DNA of 64,000 nucleotides from Octopus sinensis (GCF_006345805.1 NC_042999.1:2852001-2916000); one strand, 5' to 3'. Shown: positions 12,596 through 25,729, numbered from the stretch's first letter. Made by a program: numbers and translations. The notes: generated by a model not told the origin, from the letters alone.

Positions 12596-12915
12596 TTGAA
12601 ATACAGACTGAGGAGTCCCAGTCAACTGTGAGTCATTGGAGCCTTTCACTTCGTGAACTCTGATGGCACAGTGAAAGCGAAAATGTGACACATCATCGCT
12701 TGCATTGCCGGCACCATCGTCGAGGTTGGGTTGGGTTCATACATTTGTGACCATGTTTCCGTGTGTCATCATATTCCTGCTCCAACTCAGGTGTAGCAGG
12801 CGGCCGGAGATCTGAAAGGTGGTGATCCACACTCAGTTGGGACAAAGCCAGAGGAAACTCTGGTGGAAGTTTGAAGTGCTTCTGATGTGCAAATCGATCA
12901 TTGGAACTGGGTATG
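12596..12915 (+). pseudogene. Decayed 28S rRNA fragment (D3 region and downstream core)
   Basis: TTGAAATACAGACTGAGGAGTC resembles TTGAAACACGGACCAAGGAGTC; CTGAAAGGTGGTGA; AAGCCAGAGGAAACTCTGGTGGA; CTGATGTGCAAATCGATC..CTGGGTAT, all in LSU order. Confidence 0.85.
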
Positions 12916-12953
12916 TGTTAAACCGGTCGCAAAAGCTACAGAAACTTATGAAA

Positions 12954-13142
12954 TACTATATTTTAACGTGTATAAGGAACCCTTGTGTTTAAAGAACTCC
13001 ATAATTTTGGGGGCTTAAAATTTGGAAAAAAGGTTTTGTAAGGGATTATGATAATATCCATGAATAAGAAATTACCATATTTTTTAAACCTTATTTTTGA
13101 CAAAAAAAAAAACGGGTTCCTTATACAGGTTAAAATACGGTA
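12954..13142. mobile_element. Tc1/pogo-type MITE
   Basis: TIRs TACTATATTTTAACGTGTATAAGGAACCC and GGGTTCCTTATACAGGTTAAAATACGGTA; TA ends. Confidence 0.7.
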
Positions 13143-13164
13143 CTTCATACTACTTATGAATTAA

Positions 13165-13747
13165 CATTTTGGTTTGCACAAGAGTTTCAAGGATGGTAGA
13201 GAGGTTTTGAAAAGTGATGAGAAGCGTGGTGGGGAGAGAGACGTCAGAAGAACAGTAAATTTGCAATTTTCTGGGTGAAGACAGTTACGTGTGAATAAAG
13301 ACAATAAGTTTAAAGTTTGGAGTTGTGTGGCAACTGTACACAGAATTATTCATAAAGATCTGAACGTGCACAAATCTGTTTTAAGATTGTTCCCAGGTTG
13401 CTCAGTGGCGAGCATTCTGGTAACCGACTACTTGACAGAGATGGGCTTCAAAACTGTCCCTCGCCCCTGTTTTACAGTACAGACTTTGCTCTTTATAACT
13501 TGGTTGTTTCCCAAGATGAAAGAGAACCTTAGAGATGGTTGTTTTGAAGATGGAGGAGGTTACGACCAGGGTTCTGGGTACCTTTACTCTGGAGGGCTTC
13601 CATGAGGCCTTCACGAAGTGGCTGGAGCACAACACCTGCATTTAAGTGAGAGGATCCTACTTTGAAGGAGATTAGTGGTTGTACTTCTTTCAAATTAACA
13701 AATGTCTCACCTGGAAAAGTTTGAAAACTTTTGAGATGCACTGCGTA
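13165..13747 (+). mobile_element. Highly degraded, internally deleted mariner
   Basis: Fragments read HKSFKDGRE, VATVHRIIHKDL, WLFPKMKENL and RGSYFEGD*, followed by a TIR-like end. Confidence 0.7.
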
Positions 13748-13814
13748 AAAACACACAAAGGTAATTAACTTATACATTTAAACCAACTGTGAGATGGTCA
13801 TTGACACCACATAA

Positions 13815-14132
13815 ATGATGGTGAAGATGACGGTGAAGGTGATGATGATGATGATGACCACAATGAAAACGAAGATGATAACGATGCTGATGATAATAAG
13901 GTTAAGGATGACATGCAATATTAAAACCAATAATGATGATGCTGTTCATGGCAAAGATGATGATGATGATGATGACGATGATTGATAATCATGGTGATGA
14001 CATTAATGACAAAGATAATGATGTCGATCATCATGATAGGCAAGACCACCATGATGACGAAGATGATAACGATGACAACAATGGCAATGATGATAACGAT
14101 AGTGATGATGATGATGATGATGATGGCGATGG
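13815..14132. repeat. Degenerate (GAT)n trinucleotide tract
   Basis: Direct. Confidence 0.85.
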
Positions 14133-14673
14133 CATTCCTTTAGTTAATCAATGAACGAAACTAGTTGTTGATTAGCAATTAATCTAAATAGATTCCTCTG
14201 AATAAATAAATTAGGGAGGTCATATTATTGAATTTATGGAAGATAATAATCAGAAGATGGAAATGAACAAATATTTTTCCTCATCAACATCTTTCAAAAG
14301 ACTGCTCTCAATAGATAATATTATCATTGTCGGTTTAACGTCCAAATTTCCATGCCTGTATGGGTCCGGCAGAATCTTAGAGGCATTGTTTAGAAATCTT
14401 CTGATTTGAGATTTACTCCCACTGTGCGAAAATTTGGACAATTGTCTTGTACTATAGTTCTCCGCTGACCAATGCCTTTTGAGGGAATTCCATTGATGGA
14501 AACTGTGTGGGAGCCCATCATATACTCTTTTACTCTTTTACTTGTTTCAATCATTTGACTGCGGCCATGCTGGAGCACCACCTTTAGCTGAGCAAATCGA
14601 CCCCGGGACTTATTCTTTGTAAGCCTAGTACTTATTCCATCAGTCTCTTTTGCCGAACCACTAAGTGACGGGG

Positions 14674-14713
<40 letters not shown>

Positions 14714-14934
14714 GTATCATACACACGTATATTTATATATACATATATACATTCATGTGTATGTGTGAATGTATATTGTTATCCTGATATCACATGATGG
14801 TTGTAAATGAGCATCACTGCCATACAAGTGGTGTCACTTGTTTCCAATATTCTGTGAAAATATGTTCGAACAGTTTGGAGCCAATTGGTATTCAAAGAGT
14901 TAAATGCTTTTCTTTATCCTGTATGTAAACAGAG

Positions 14935-15475
14935 ATTGAGGGAGGAGCAGCAGAGAGAGAGAGAGGATAAAGAGCGGGGGGAGAGGGGAGAGATAGAAGG
15001 GGAGATAGAGAAGGAGAGAGAGAGAGAAGGAGAGAGAGAGACAGAGAAAGAAAGAGAGAGAAGAAGGAGAGAGAGTGACAGAGAAGGAGAGAGAGAGAAG
15101 GAGAGAGAGAGACAGAGAAGGAGAGAGAGAGAGAGAAGGAGAGAGAGAAGGAGAGAGTGACAGAAAGAGAGAGAGAGACAGAGAAGGAGAGAGAGACAGA
15201 GAAGGAGAGAGAGAGAGAGAGAGAGACAGAGAAGACAAGAGGTGAGAGCAAGAAACTTGAGGAAATACTGCAGCGCAGAAGGAAAAAGCTAATGGGTGAG
15301 TGTGTTTGTGTGTGTGAGTGTGCATGTACATGTATGTGTGTGTGTGTGTTTGTGTGTATGCGAGCATGTATGTGTGTGTGTAGATGCATGTGCATGTGTG
15401 TTTGTGTTTGTGTATGCAAGCATGTGTGTGCATGTACATGTATGTGTGTGTGTGTGTGTGTGTGCATGTATTTGT
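14935..15475. repeat. (GA)n followed by (GT)n compound microsatellite
   Basis: Direct. Confidence 0.9.
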
Positions 15476-15937
15476 ATAGGTAGAAAAGATTTTCTCACTC
15501 AATGGTTAGTGCCATGAAAATAACAGGGCCTGCTGCATCTAATTAAAGGACAATAGATCCTAACCGTATATTCTGCTGCAGCAAACTGGTTAGATGCCCT
15601 GCATTGCCAGTTTATTAAAACCAAACGGCTGAAACGATGAGCAAATGACTGTGCATTTAATCCCATCAGTCCTTCTGGCAGCAAGCTAATCCTTAGCTGA
15701 GTGAGTTCGACTAAATATGATTTATTATTAAAATTTCTGGTCTGTTTCAACCAGGTTATCTATAGCACACATGACGCAGCCTCTACACTCCTTTCTTTTC
15801 TGGCATGTAGATGCAGTGATCCATGAGTCACTAGCATACACACACACACACACTCACATACTTGTGTACACACACATACTTGTGTACACACACATACACA
15901 CATGTACACCTATACATATCAATATGGACACATACAG

Positions 15938-16165
15938 GGTGGCGAGTTGGCAGAATCGTTAGCACACCGGGCAAAATGCTTAGCGGTATTTTGCCTGCCG
16001 TTACGTTCTGAGTTGAAATTCTGCTGAGGTCGACTTTGCCTTTCATCCTTTCGAGGGTCGATAAATTAAGTACCAGTTACGCACTGGGGTCGATGTAATC
16101 GACTTAATCCCTTGGTCTGTTCTTGTTGTCCCCTCTGTGTTTAGCCCCCTGTGGGCAATAAAGAA
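15938..16165 (+). mobile_element. SINE family 2, near full length
   Basis: A-box-like TGGCAGAATCG and B-box-like GAGTTGAAATTC; central GCCTTTCATCCTTTCGAGGGTCGATAAATTAAGTACC; AATAAAGAA end. Confidence 0.85.
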
Positions 16166-16395
16166 CTAAATATAAACACATACATATATAATACGTTATA
16201 TACATATATATGTGTATATATATATATTTATATATATATATATATTTTTGTTATATATATATATATATATATACATACAGACATATGTATGCATACAAAT
16301 ATTTATCTATATGTATATATATATATATATATGTGTATATATATGTGTATATATATATTTGCATGTATATATAAGTCTATATATATTTATATATA

Positions 16396-17663
16396 CGAGG
16401 GGCGTTCAATAAGTAATGCCTCTGATACACTTGCATTTGTTTGATCTAGATGAAATTTTGCATGTGCAATTATTTATATGTCTATAGATTAAGTGGAAAA
16501 TTACAGCTCTGAACTAATTGTGGTTTCTGATTTACAGATGTTTGAACTGAATCAAGTGTGAAATGGAGCCTGTTGAGTGTCGAGCAGGACGCACACCACA
16601 GGAGACTTTTGATGAAATGAAAGTAACTTATGGTGATGATGCCCCATCATATGACCTTGTAAAACGCTGGCATCGTGAATTCAAACATGGTCGGAACTCT
16701 GTGGAAACAGCTCCCAGATCTGGTCGCCCCCTTCTGCCATTGATGAGGCATCTGTCCGTCAAGTTGAGGCTGCCATTTTGGAAGATCGACGCATAACTAT
16801 TTGCCAAATAGCCCATGATGTCAAGATTAGTAGCAGGTCTGTAGAAACTATCATTCATGACCATTTGCATATGCAAAAGGTGTCTGCCAGATGGATTCTC
16901 AGGTTGCTCACACCTTTCCAGAAGCAAGAACGTGTCGAGTGCTTGAGGATGAATTTGGAGATGTGCCAAGAAGATGAGTCAAAATTTTTCAAAAGACTGA
17001 TTACACAGGATGAAACCTGGGTCCATCACTATGATCCAGAGACCAAAGCCAAGTCAATGCAGTGGCAGCACCATGACTCACCTCCTCCAAAGAAGGCAAG
17101 GGTGCAGCCCTCCACTGGCAAGGTCATGCTCACAGTCTTCTGGGACCAGGACGGAGTAGTGAAGACAGATTTTCTGGCAAAGGGTGCCACAATTACAGGA
17201 GTCTATTATGCTTCACTTTTGAGGAAATTAAGAGAAGCTATCAAAATCAAGAGGCGGGGCAAGATCAGCAAAGGCATCCTCCTCCTGCAGGACAACGCTC
17301 CGATCCACAACTCGCCTGTCGCCAGATCAGAAGCACAGGCGTGCGGCTATGAACTCATCCCCCATCTCCCCTACTCTCCTGACCTTGCACCCTCTGATTT
17401 TCACCTCTTCCCAGCCATGAAGTTGTTTTTGAAAGGAAAGCATTTCCCAGATGATGCAGCCTTGATTTCTGAAGTCACGTCGTGGTTGGAGGACCAAGCT
17501 GGGATCTTCTACAAAAACGGTCTTCAGAGCTGCATCAAACGATGGAAGAAATGCGTAACTCTGGGTGGTTCCTATGTAGAAAAAGACTAATAACTGTGCC
17601 AAGTTTCGTTGCTCTACTGCTATGGGAAGTGGGTCAGGGGCATTACTTATTGAACGCCCCTCG
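16396..17663 (+). mobile_element. Mariner DNA transposon, near full length
   Basis: TIRs CGAGGGGCGTTCAATAAGTAATGCC at both ends (25 bp perfect, ~37 bp with 3 mismatches); TA on both flanks; inserted in a TA microsatellite. Confidence 0.97.
16563..17590 (+). pseudogene. DD34D mariner transposase, frameshifted
   Basis: N-terminal HTH region in ORF 16563; a 1-base shift in the C run at 16727-16731 joins it to ORF 16778-17590, which carries TQDETW, LLQDNA and YSPDLAPSDFHLF (34 aa between D2 and D3). Confidence 0.93.
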
Positions 17664-18669
17664 TATATAGATATATTTGTATGTATATAGATATATATAT
17701 TTATATATATTTATATATATTTGTATGTATATATATATATTTATATCTATATTTATATAAGTATATACATTTGTATATGTATATTTTTATGTATATATAT
17801 TTTCAATGCCATTTCCTATGACTTCAGTTTATATATACATACATTCATTTATATATACATGTGTGTTTGTGAGTGTATGCATGTATATGTGTGTATATAT
17901 ATTATATTATATATATACTTGTGTTTGTGTGTGTGGATGATCCGGAAGCCATGCTGAGCTGAGGATTAGCTCATTACATTTCTCTTATATAACCAAATAT
18001 CACACAAATGAACTTCGTAAATAAGCAAAACGAACATTAGTGTCAAACGTAGATGCAATTCATAGAGCAAATAACAGTCAGTGGATACCTCTTCATAAAG
18101 CATCTCTTATTATCAAATGTGGTTATAGTTTTAGCATCATTTAACATTTCGGCAAGCGCCAATACTTCACACAACAACAACAACAACAAAAATGGTTATT
18201 ACATTCTAGTCATTCGCTTTGATTAACTCATAGCTATTGGGAAAGGCTTTCCCATTCTGAGATGAAATTTATAATCTATTCAAGCTGTGAATCTATTTTA
18301 ATAGATGTCATGCTGTATTCATCAGTTGTAAACTTTTCATTTTGAGGAATAAACAGATTATATCATTCCATTTCTTCACCTCCCTACCTGTATACCCATC
18401 TACCTGCCTGCCCGCCCGCCTATCTACCTGTCTTCTTACTCACCTATGTACATATGTACCTATTTAATCTCTCTATTCACCAACTTATCTACCATCTCTA
18501 TCTATCAATCGGCTATTCATCCATCTAATGTGCACAATAAAATTCAAACACAAGTTCAAATGCAAATATAATGTTTATGGCAATACATCAAGGTTAAAAA
18601 TGTTTGATCTGCTAATTCTCATAAATATGTTTGTTACTAGTTGCCATATAAATTGAAATGATATGAATA

Positions 18670-18706
<37 letters not shown>

Positions 18707-18711
18707 CACAT

Positions 18712-19640
18712 ACATCATCATCATTATCGTCATCATCGTTTAACGTCCGTTTTCCATGCTAGCATGGGTTGGACGGTTCAACTGGAGTCTTGGAAGCCAG
18801 GAGGTGCACCAGACTCAAGTCTGATCTGGCAGTGTTTCTACAGCTGGATGCCCTTCCTAATGCCTGTGTCGGTGGCACATAAAAAACACCATCCGAGCAT
18901 GGCCGTCTGCCAGCCTCGTCTGGCACCTGTGTCGGTGGCACATAAAAAACACCATCCGAGCGTGGCCGTCTGCCAGCCTCGTCTGGCACCTGTGTCGGTG
19001 GCACATAAAAAACACCATCCGAGCGTGGCCGTCTGCCAGCCTCGTCTGGCACCTGTGTCGGTGGCACATAAAATCACCCACTACACTCTCGGAGTGGTTG
19101 GCGTTAGGAAGGGCATCCAGCTGTAGAAACACTGCCAGATCTGACTGGCCTGGTGCAGCCTTCGGGCTTGCCAGACCCCAGTTGAACTGTCCAGCCCATG
19201 CTAGCATGGAAAGCGGACGTTAAACGATGATGATGATGATGATATATATATATACATAGGCATACAGACTTACACCCATACACACACACATACATACAGA
19301 CAGACAGATAGACAGACAGAGAGAGCGAGATGCACATACATCATCATCATCATCGTCATCATCATTTAACGTCCATTTTCCATGCTAGTATGGGTTGGAC
19401 AGTTCAACCGGGGTCTGGGAAGCCAGGAGGCTGCACCAGGCTCCAGTCTGATCAGGCAGTGTTTCTACAGCTGGATGCTCTTCCTAACGCCAACCACTCC
19501 GAGAGTGTAGTGGTTGTTTTAACATGCCACCAACACAGGTGCCAGGTGAGGCTGGCAATGGCTACAATCAGTTGGTGCTTTTTACATGCCACAGGCAGAG
19601 ACACCAGTCGAGGCAGCGCTGGCAATGGCCACATTCGGAT
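18712..19640. mobile_element. Three RTE 3' UTR copies in -, +, - arrangement
   Basis: Minus 18712-18862; plus 18863-19242 with three 63-bp units; minus 19340-19640. Confidence 0.85.
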
Positions 19641-19954
19641 ACATAGATATACATATTGTAATCAAGGCCATGTAGTTAAGATGCTTGCTCACCAGCCATG
19701 TGGTTTTCGATTCAGTTCTTAGCATGTATGTATGGGCAAGCGTGTTCTACAAGAGCCCCGGGTCAACCAAATCCTTGTGAGCGGATTTTGTAGACGCAAA
19801 CTGTAATAAGCCCATCATACAAGTATATGACTATGTATGTGGGAGTGTCTTTGTGTTTTTGTGTGTGTGTTTGTGTGCAACCCAGGCTTGACATCAGCTG
19901 ATGGTTGCAAATAAGCATTGCCATTATACAATCAGGATTGTTTTCAGTTTTTGA

Positions 19955-20250
19955 AGGCTGCAAGCTGGCAGAATAATGAGCATGCAGGACAAAATGCTTA
20001 GTGGTATTTGCCCATTGCAAATACCACTCGCCGAAGGTGGCAATCTGGCAGAAACGTTAGCATGCCGGGCGAAATGCTTAGCAGTATTTCGTCTGCCACT
20101 ACGTTCTGAGTTCAAATTCCACCGAGGTCGACTTTGCCTTTCATCCTTTCGGGGGTCAATAAATTAAGTACCAGTTGAGTACTGGGGTTGATGTAATTGA
20201 CTTACCCCTCCCCCAAATTTCAGGCCTTGTGCCTGCAGTGGAAAGGATTA
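19955..20250 (+). mobile_element. SINE family 2 with duplicated head
   Basis: Family consensus motifs present. Confidence 0.8.
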
Positions 20251-21760
20251 TTTTTTCAATCTTCTTCGAAAAGCAATTCTGCCCATAGCGAAATATTAGC
20301 TTGTCTGGAAACAGGTGAGGGTTGGTGATAGGAGGGGTATCCGGTTACAGACAATCTGCCACATCCACTTTCATCTGACCCATGCAAACATGAAAAAGTG
20401 GATGTTAAATGAGAATGGTCATGATCCTGATCACCATGACGACAACAACGATGATGACATAATGACGACAACTACTATGATGATGACGATGATGACGACA
20501 ATGATAATGATGACATTGATGATAACAACGATGATGATGATAACAGTGATGATGGTGATGATGATGATAGCATTTTATTTTGGGGTTGAATTACTCATGT
20601 AAATTCGCTTGATTCTATCCAAATCAGTTTTATTAACTACATCTGATTAAATTCAATACATTTTCCTAGACATTTTCCTGAACCTTGCATTGAGTGAAGT
20701 TTACACTATTTGACTATGTGAATATTAGCAAATATAGATTTAGTTATTGATGGACACTATTTTGGGAAGATCATGAATGTGAAGGTAATCTTCAGCTGGG
20801 GAATCGATCCATTTATGTAGTTTCAGTTACAGCTCATAACTCATTCACCTCATGCTGCTAATCTTGTCATTATAATGGCTGTTGCTTAGCCTCAAGTCAA
20901 GCCTAATCACGCAAGCCCAAGGTATAAGTATTCCAGCCATGACCATTCCATTTGTTGAGAAGCTGGTGGCAATCTTAAGAGTAATTGAACCAATTATATT
21001 CAGTTAAAATTTATAGTTCATTCACCTTGTATTGTTGATGTTAAGTCTCAGGTCAATCAGTCATAATCAAGCATATATATTGTCTAAGATCTTCCATTTA
21101 TGACCTTCCCATAATTTTCCATGACATAGATTTTTAAGAATATATAATATTATCCAACATGTCATTCATTCCTTATGGCGCTAAGTCGTTATTTGATGAA
21201 GGTTTGACTGGTGTTTCTAGAAATCACCCACTGCTCTTCCCAGGCACATTGCTTCTGTGTTGAGCTTCTTGTTAATCAAAAATCCCTTTTTTTTTCTAAT
21301 AGCTTTTTCCTTCTAACTGCTGCTTTAAGGATCTCACTACCATCGTCTTCTCTTTTTCTGGTCCTTGATAGTCACTCCTTTAAGATTTCGCTCAATTTGG
21401 AATTTGTAGGCTGCCTCTTTTCCTTTTTCATAGTCGTTTCACTCAATTTCTTCCCATTTTTAATTAGAATAATTAATTGGCCCTTCATATCATAAACGAA
21501 AGCTAATGCTGCAAGTTGATTTATAGAGCTCAGAGAAAGAGATGCTGGTGAGCATCAATATATTTGGCTATGAAGGAATCAACATAGGGTTTGTTTTCAT
21601 ATAGAGAATCTAGTGGAATACAGATCAGTTCAGAAGTGACCATCACTCTCAAAATTATAGCTACTGACGGATTTGAAACAAGCAATGCAAATTAATGAGA
21701 AATGTTCAAGTTAACACTATTTACATCAGTGAACTGTTTCCATCATTTAATCTATGTTTA

Positions 21761-22148
21761 TGGTGGAGGCGCAATGGTCCAGTGGTTAGGGCAGCAGACT
21801 TGCAGTCGTAGGATCGCAGTTTCAATTCCCAGATCAGGCATTGAGAGTTTTTATTGAGCGAAAACACATAGAACTCAACAAAGCTATGGCAGGGGGCAGT
21901 GGCGAACCCTGTTGTACTCTTTTCACCTCAACTTTCTTTCATTCTTTCTTCCTCTTCCTGTTGTACCTGTATTTCAAAGGGGCCAGCCTTGTCACACACT
22001 GTGTCACACTGAATCTTCCCAAAAACTGCATTAAGGGTACACATGTCTGTGGAGTACTCAGCCACTTGCACGTTAATTTCACAAGCAGGCTGTTCCATTG
22101 ATTGTATCAACTGGAACCCTCATCACCATCACCGACGGAGTGCCATGA
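21761..22148 (+). mobile_element. SINE family 3 (tRNA-derived, GGAGGCGCAATGG head)
   Basis: A box TGGTCCAGTGG, B box GTTTCAATTCC; flanking direct repeat TATGTTTA. Confidence 0.85.
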
Positions 22149-22229
22149 TATGTTTACAGTTTAGTGGATTTTGAGTTCCAAGGTTTCCTCTTAAATTCCT
22201 CATTATCAGCCTCAATCTTGTCAACGGCA

Positions 22230-22384
22230 ACCCCAAATTTGTCACCGTCAGCCACAATTCCATTATCTTCAGTTTTGATTGCATTGTTATCTATCTTGAT
22301 CTTGTCATCGTCAACTTTAATTTCATCATTGTAAACTTTAATTTTGTCGATGTCAACTTTAATTTCATCATTGTCGTCTTCCAC
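22230..22384. repeat. Degenerate 21-bp minisatellite, open frame on minus strand (DEIKVDD-like heptads)
   Basis: Repeated TCAACTTTAATTTCATCATTG-type unit. Confidence 0.65.
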
Positions 22385-22644
22385 ATTGCGAGCTACCTCA
22401 GACTTCGTTATTTTATTGTATAATTAAATGGATGTTGAAATGATATTTAAATAAACATTAGATTTTAAAACGTTTCAATAGCAAGTGTTTGTAGGATCGT
22501 GAGTTCAGGTGTACGATATTTGCATAATAGTTTGGAAATACACTTTTAACATTATTCCAAGTTCTGGAAAGCTTCATCATTCACTTCCACAAATGTTAGG
22601 AAATAATGTGAACCACACACGCACGCATGCATGCACACACACAC

Positions 22645-22669
22645 ACAGATAGATAGACAGGAAGACAGG

Positions 22670-22757
<88 letters not shown>

Positions 22758-22918
22758 CTGACAGACAGACAGGTAGGTAGGTAGATAGATAGATTAGATA
22801 GATAGACAGACAGACAGGTAAGTAGGTAGGTAGGTAGATAGATAGATAGACAGATAGAGACAGACAGACAGACAAACAGACAGGTAGGTAGGTAGGTAGA
22901 TAGATGGATAAATAGAGG

Positions 22919-22950
<32 letters not shown>

Positions 22951-23000
22951 TGGATGGATGGATAGAGAGACAGATAGAAAGATAGAAAGATAGATAGACA
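22645..23000. repeat. (GATA)n/(GACA)n/(GGTA)n tetranucleotide array
   Basis: Direct. Confidence 0.95.
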
Positions 23001-23604
23001 TGCAAGCAAGCATGCTTGCATACATACACACACACACATAAACACACACACACACTCAAACACGCACATACACACATATATACACACATGCCCACACATA
23101 CACAAGCACACACATATATATACAGGCACAGGCATGGCTGTGTGATAAGTTTGCTTTCGAATCACATGGTTCCAAGTTCAGTCCCACTGCACGGCACCTT
23201 GGGCAAGTTTCTTCTATTATAACTCCAAGCCGACCAAAATCTTGAAAGAAGCACATCTTGTATATATGTATATGCACATACATGTGTGTGTGTGTGTTAT
23301 ATGTATTTGCACATATATAAATGTGTGCGTGTGTTATTGTTTTCTTGCCATTACATCGTGGGGCAGTCATAAATAAGAATCACTGTCATACAAGCAGGGT
23401 CATTCATTTCCAATCTTCCATGAAAATATGTCTGGTCATGGGGAAATATTACCTGACTTGGAAACAGGTGGGGGTTGGTGATGAGACGGACAACCAGCTG
23501 TAGAAAACCCATTTTGATCAATTCCATCTGGCCCCTACAAGCGAGGAAAATTGAACTATAAAATGACAAGGACATATGTGTTTAGGGGAGGATATATGTG
23601 TTGC

Positions 23605-24010
23605 GTGAATGTATGTATGTATGCATGCATGAATATATGTATGTATGAGTGAATGTATATATACATGTATGTATGTACGGGTGAATGTATATATACATGT
23701 ATGTATGTATCTTTGTATGTATGCATGCATGAATGTATGTATGTATAGGTGAATGTATATATACATGTATGTATGTATGTATGTATGCATGTATGTATGT
23801 ATGTACGGGTGAATGTATATATACATGTATGTATGTATCTTTGTATGTATATATACATGTATGGATGTATGTATGTATGCATGTATGTATGTACGCATGT
23901 ATGTATATATGTATGTATATATACATGTATGTATGCATGCATATATGTATGTATGTATGGGTGAATATATATACATGTATGTATGTATGCATGTATGTAT
24001 GTATGTACAG
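23605..24010. repeat. (TATG)n-based higher-order repeat
   Basis: Recurrent GTGAATGTATATATACATGTATGTATG unit. Confidence 0.9.
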
Positions 24011-24065
24011 GTATGATGATACAAAGAGGAAAAATAGAACTTAAACTATGAGCTTATGTATATAC

Positions 24066-24191
24066 TTTTATTAATATTTAGTAGAAGCAACAGAGTGACT
24101 CAAGGTCCAAGAGTCTCGTGTGTTGGCACTTCAACATTCGGAATTTTCAGGCCTTGAGTCACTCTGTTGCTTCTGCTAAATATCAATAAAA
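24066..24191. repeat. Inverted repeat with ~40-bp arms
   Basis: TTTTATTAATATTTAGTAGAAGCAACAGAGTGACTCAAGG pairs with CCTTGAGTCACTCTGTTGCTTCTGCTAAATATCAATAAAA. Confidence 0.9.
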
Positions 24192-24204
24192 ATATAGGTA
24201 CTCT

Positions 24205-24423
24205 CTCTCTTTTACTCTTTTACTTGTTTCAGTCATTTGACTGCGGCCATGCTGGAGCACCACCTTTAGTTGAGCAAATCAACCCCGGGACTTATTCTTT
24301 GTAAGCCCAGTTCTTATTCTATCGGTCTCTTTTTGCCAAACCGCTAAGTGACAGGGACGTAAACACACCAGCATCAGTTGTCAAGTGATGGTGGGGGGGA
24401 CAAACACAGACACACAAACATAT

Positions 24424-24454
<31 letters not shown>

Positions 24455-24617
24455 CATATATACGATGGGCTTCTTTCAGTTTCCATCTACCAAATCCACT
24501 CACAAGGCTTTGGTCGGGCCAAGGCTATAGTAGAAGACACTTGCCCAAGGTGCCATGCAGTGGGACTGAACCTGGAACCATGTGGTTCGTAAGCAAGCTA
24601 CTTACCACACAGCCACT
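24205..24617 (-). mobile_element. SINE family 1, full length
   Basis: Matches the family from head to tail. Confidence 0.88.
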
Positions 24618-25184
24618 CGTATTTATGTTACATAGTTTCTAAACAAATACAACTTTAACTAGTTAGAAACAAACAACAGTGCAGTGAATAAGAGACTTAA
24701 AATTTTCCAATTTCTCATTTATATATATTTTCTCCATGTTTATCGCGACAATTTAGGAAACAAACAAATTTTTTTTTTGTCTTAAAATTATGACTGTATG
24801 AAGAGATAAACACATCGAATCAGTTTCAAGTAATTGGACGCATAATGTAAAATGATTATCATGAAATAGCAAAAGATTAAATCTCGTATTGTTACGTACA
24901 ATAAAAATAATTTCTGCTTGTTGTTTCAGATTTTAAACAAGTTGTTAATCTTTACAGAGAAAATCATACCTGAATATTTTCATTCCAATCAGATCTTTAA
25001 CAGGTGATAGTGTGTGAGATTGGTGAAGAACTTATCTTACTAGATCTGTGTATTTGTTTTATAATTCTGAGAGATATAAATATGAGTTCCTGCTGTTAAT
25101 TATCTGGCTTCTAATTTAATTTCTCTATATTCTAATTGAAAATTACTTTGCTGTGTTGTTTTAAAACTAAACTAACAAGTATGA

Positions 25185-25570
25185 GTGGAGGCGCAATGGC
25201 CCAGTGGTTAGGGCAGCGGACTCGCAGTCATAGGATCGCGGTTTCAATTCCCAGACCGGGCGTTGTGAGTGTTTATTGAGCGAAAACACCTAAAAGCTCC
25301 ACGAGGCTCCAGCAGGGGATGGTGGCGTTCCCTGCTGTACTCTTTCACCACAACTTTCTCTCACTCTTACTTCCTGTTTCTGTTGTACCTGTATTTCAAA
25401 GGGCCGGCCTTGTCACTCTCTGTGTCACGCTGAATATCCCCGAGAACTACGTTAAGGGTACACGTGTCTGTGGAGTGCTCAGCCACTTACACGTTAATTT
25501 CACGAGCAGGCTGTTCCGTTGATTCGGATCAACCGGAACCCTCATCAGCGTAACCGACGGAGTGCTTCCC
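25185..25570 (+). mobile_element. SINE family 3, full length with 13-bp TSD
   Basis: CTAACAAGTATGA at 25172-25184 and 25571-25583; A and B boxes intact. Confidence 0.92.
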
Positions 25571-25729
25571 CTAACAAGTATGAAGTATCTGAGAGACCCT
25601 TTGTCTTGTTTCACAACCTGCTAAAAATAGCTGCAAAATCTTTTTCTCAAATCGTGTCCTGTTACCTACTGTCTTAAAAACGTGTGCTGATACATTGTAT
25701 GGTGTAACCTTAGGTACATTTTGCCTTAA

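Noticed and set aside
18860-19075. Regular repeats resembling a CRISPR array
   Set aside because: Contiguous 63-bp tandem units with no unique spacers, inside an RTE 3' UTR; eukaryotic context with no cas genes
21215-21480. Coding-looking purine-rich minus-strand segment
   Set aside because: Stops in the frames examined and no identifiable family
25187-25262. tRNA gene candidates (also about 21765, 44990 and 59433)
   Set aside because: A and B boxes are present, but there is no closed acceptor stem or poly-T terminator and the sequence runs into SINE bodies
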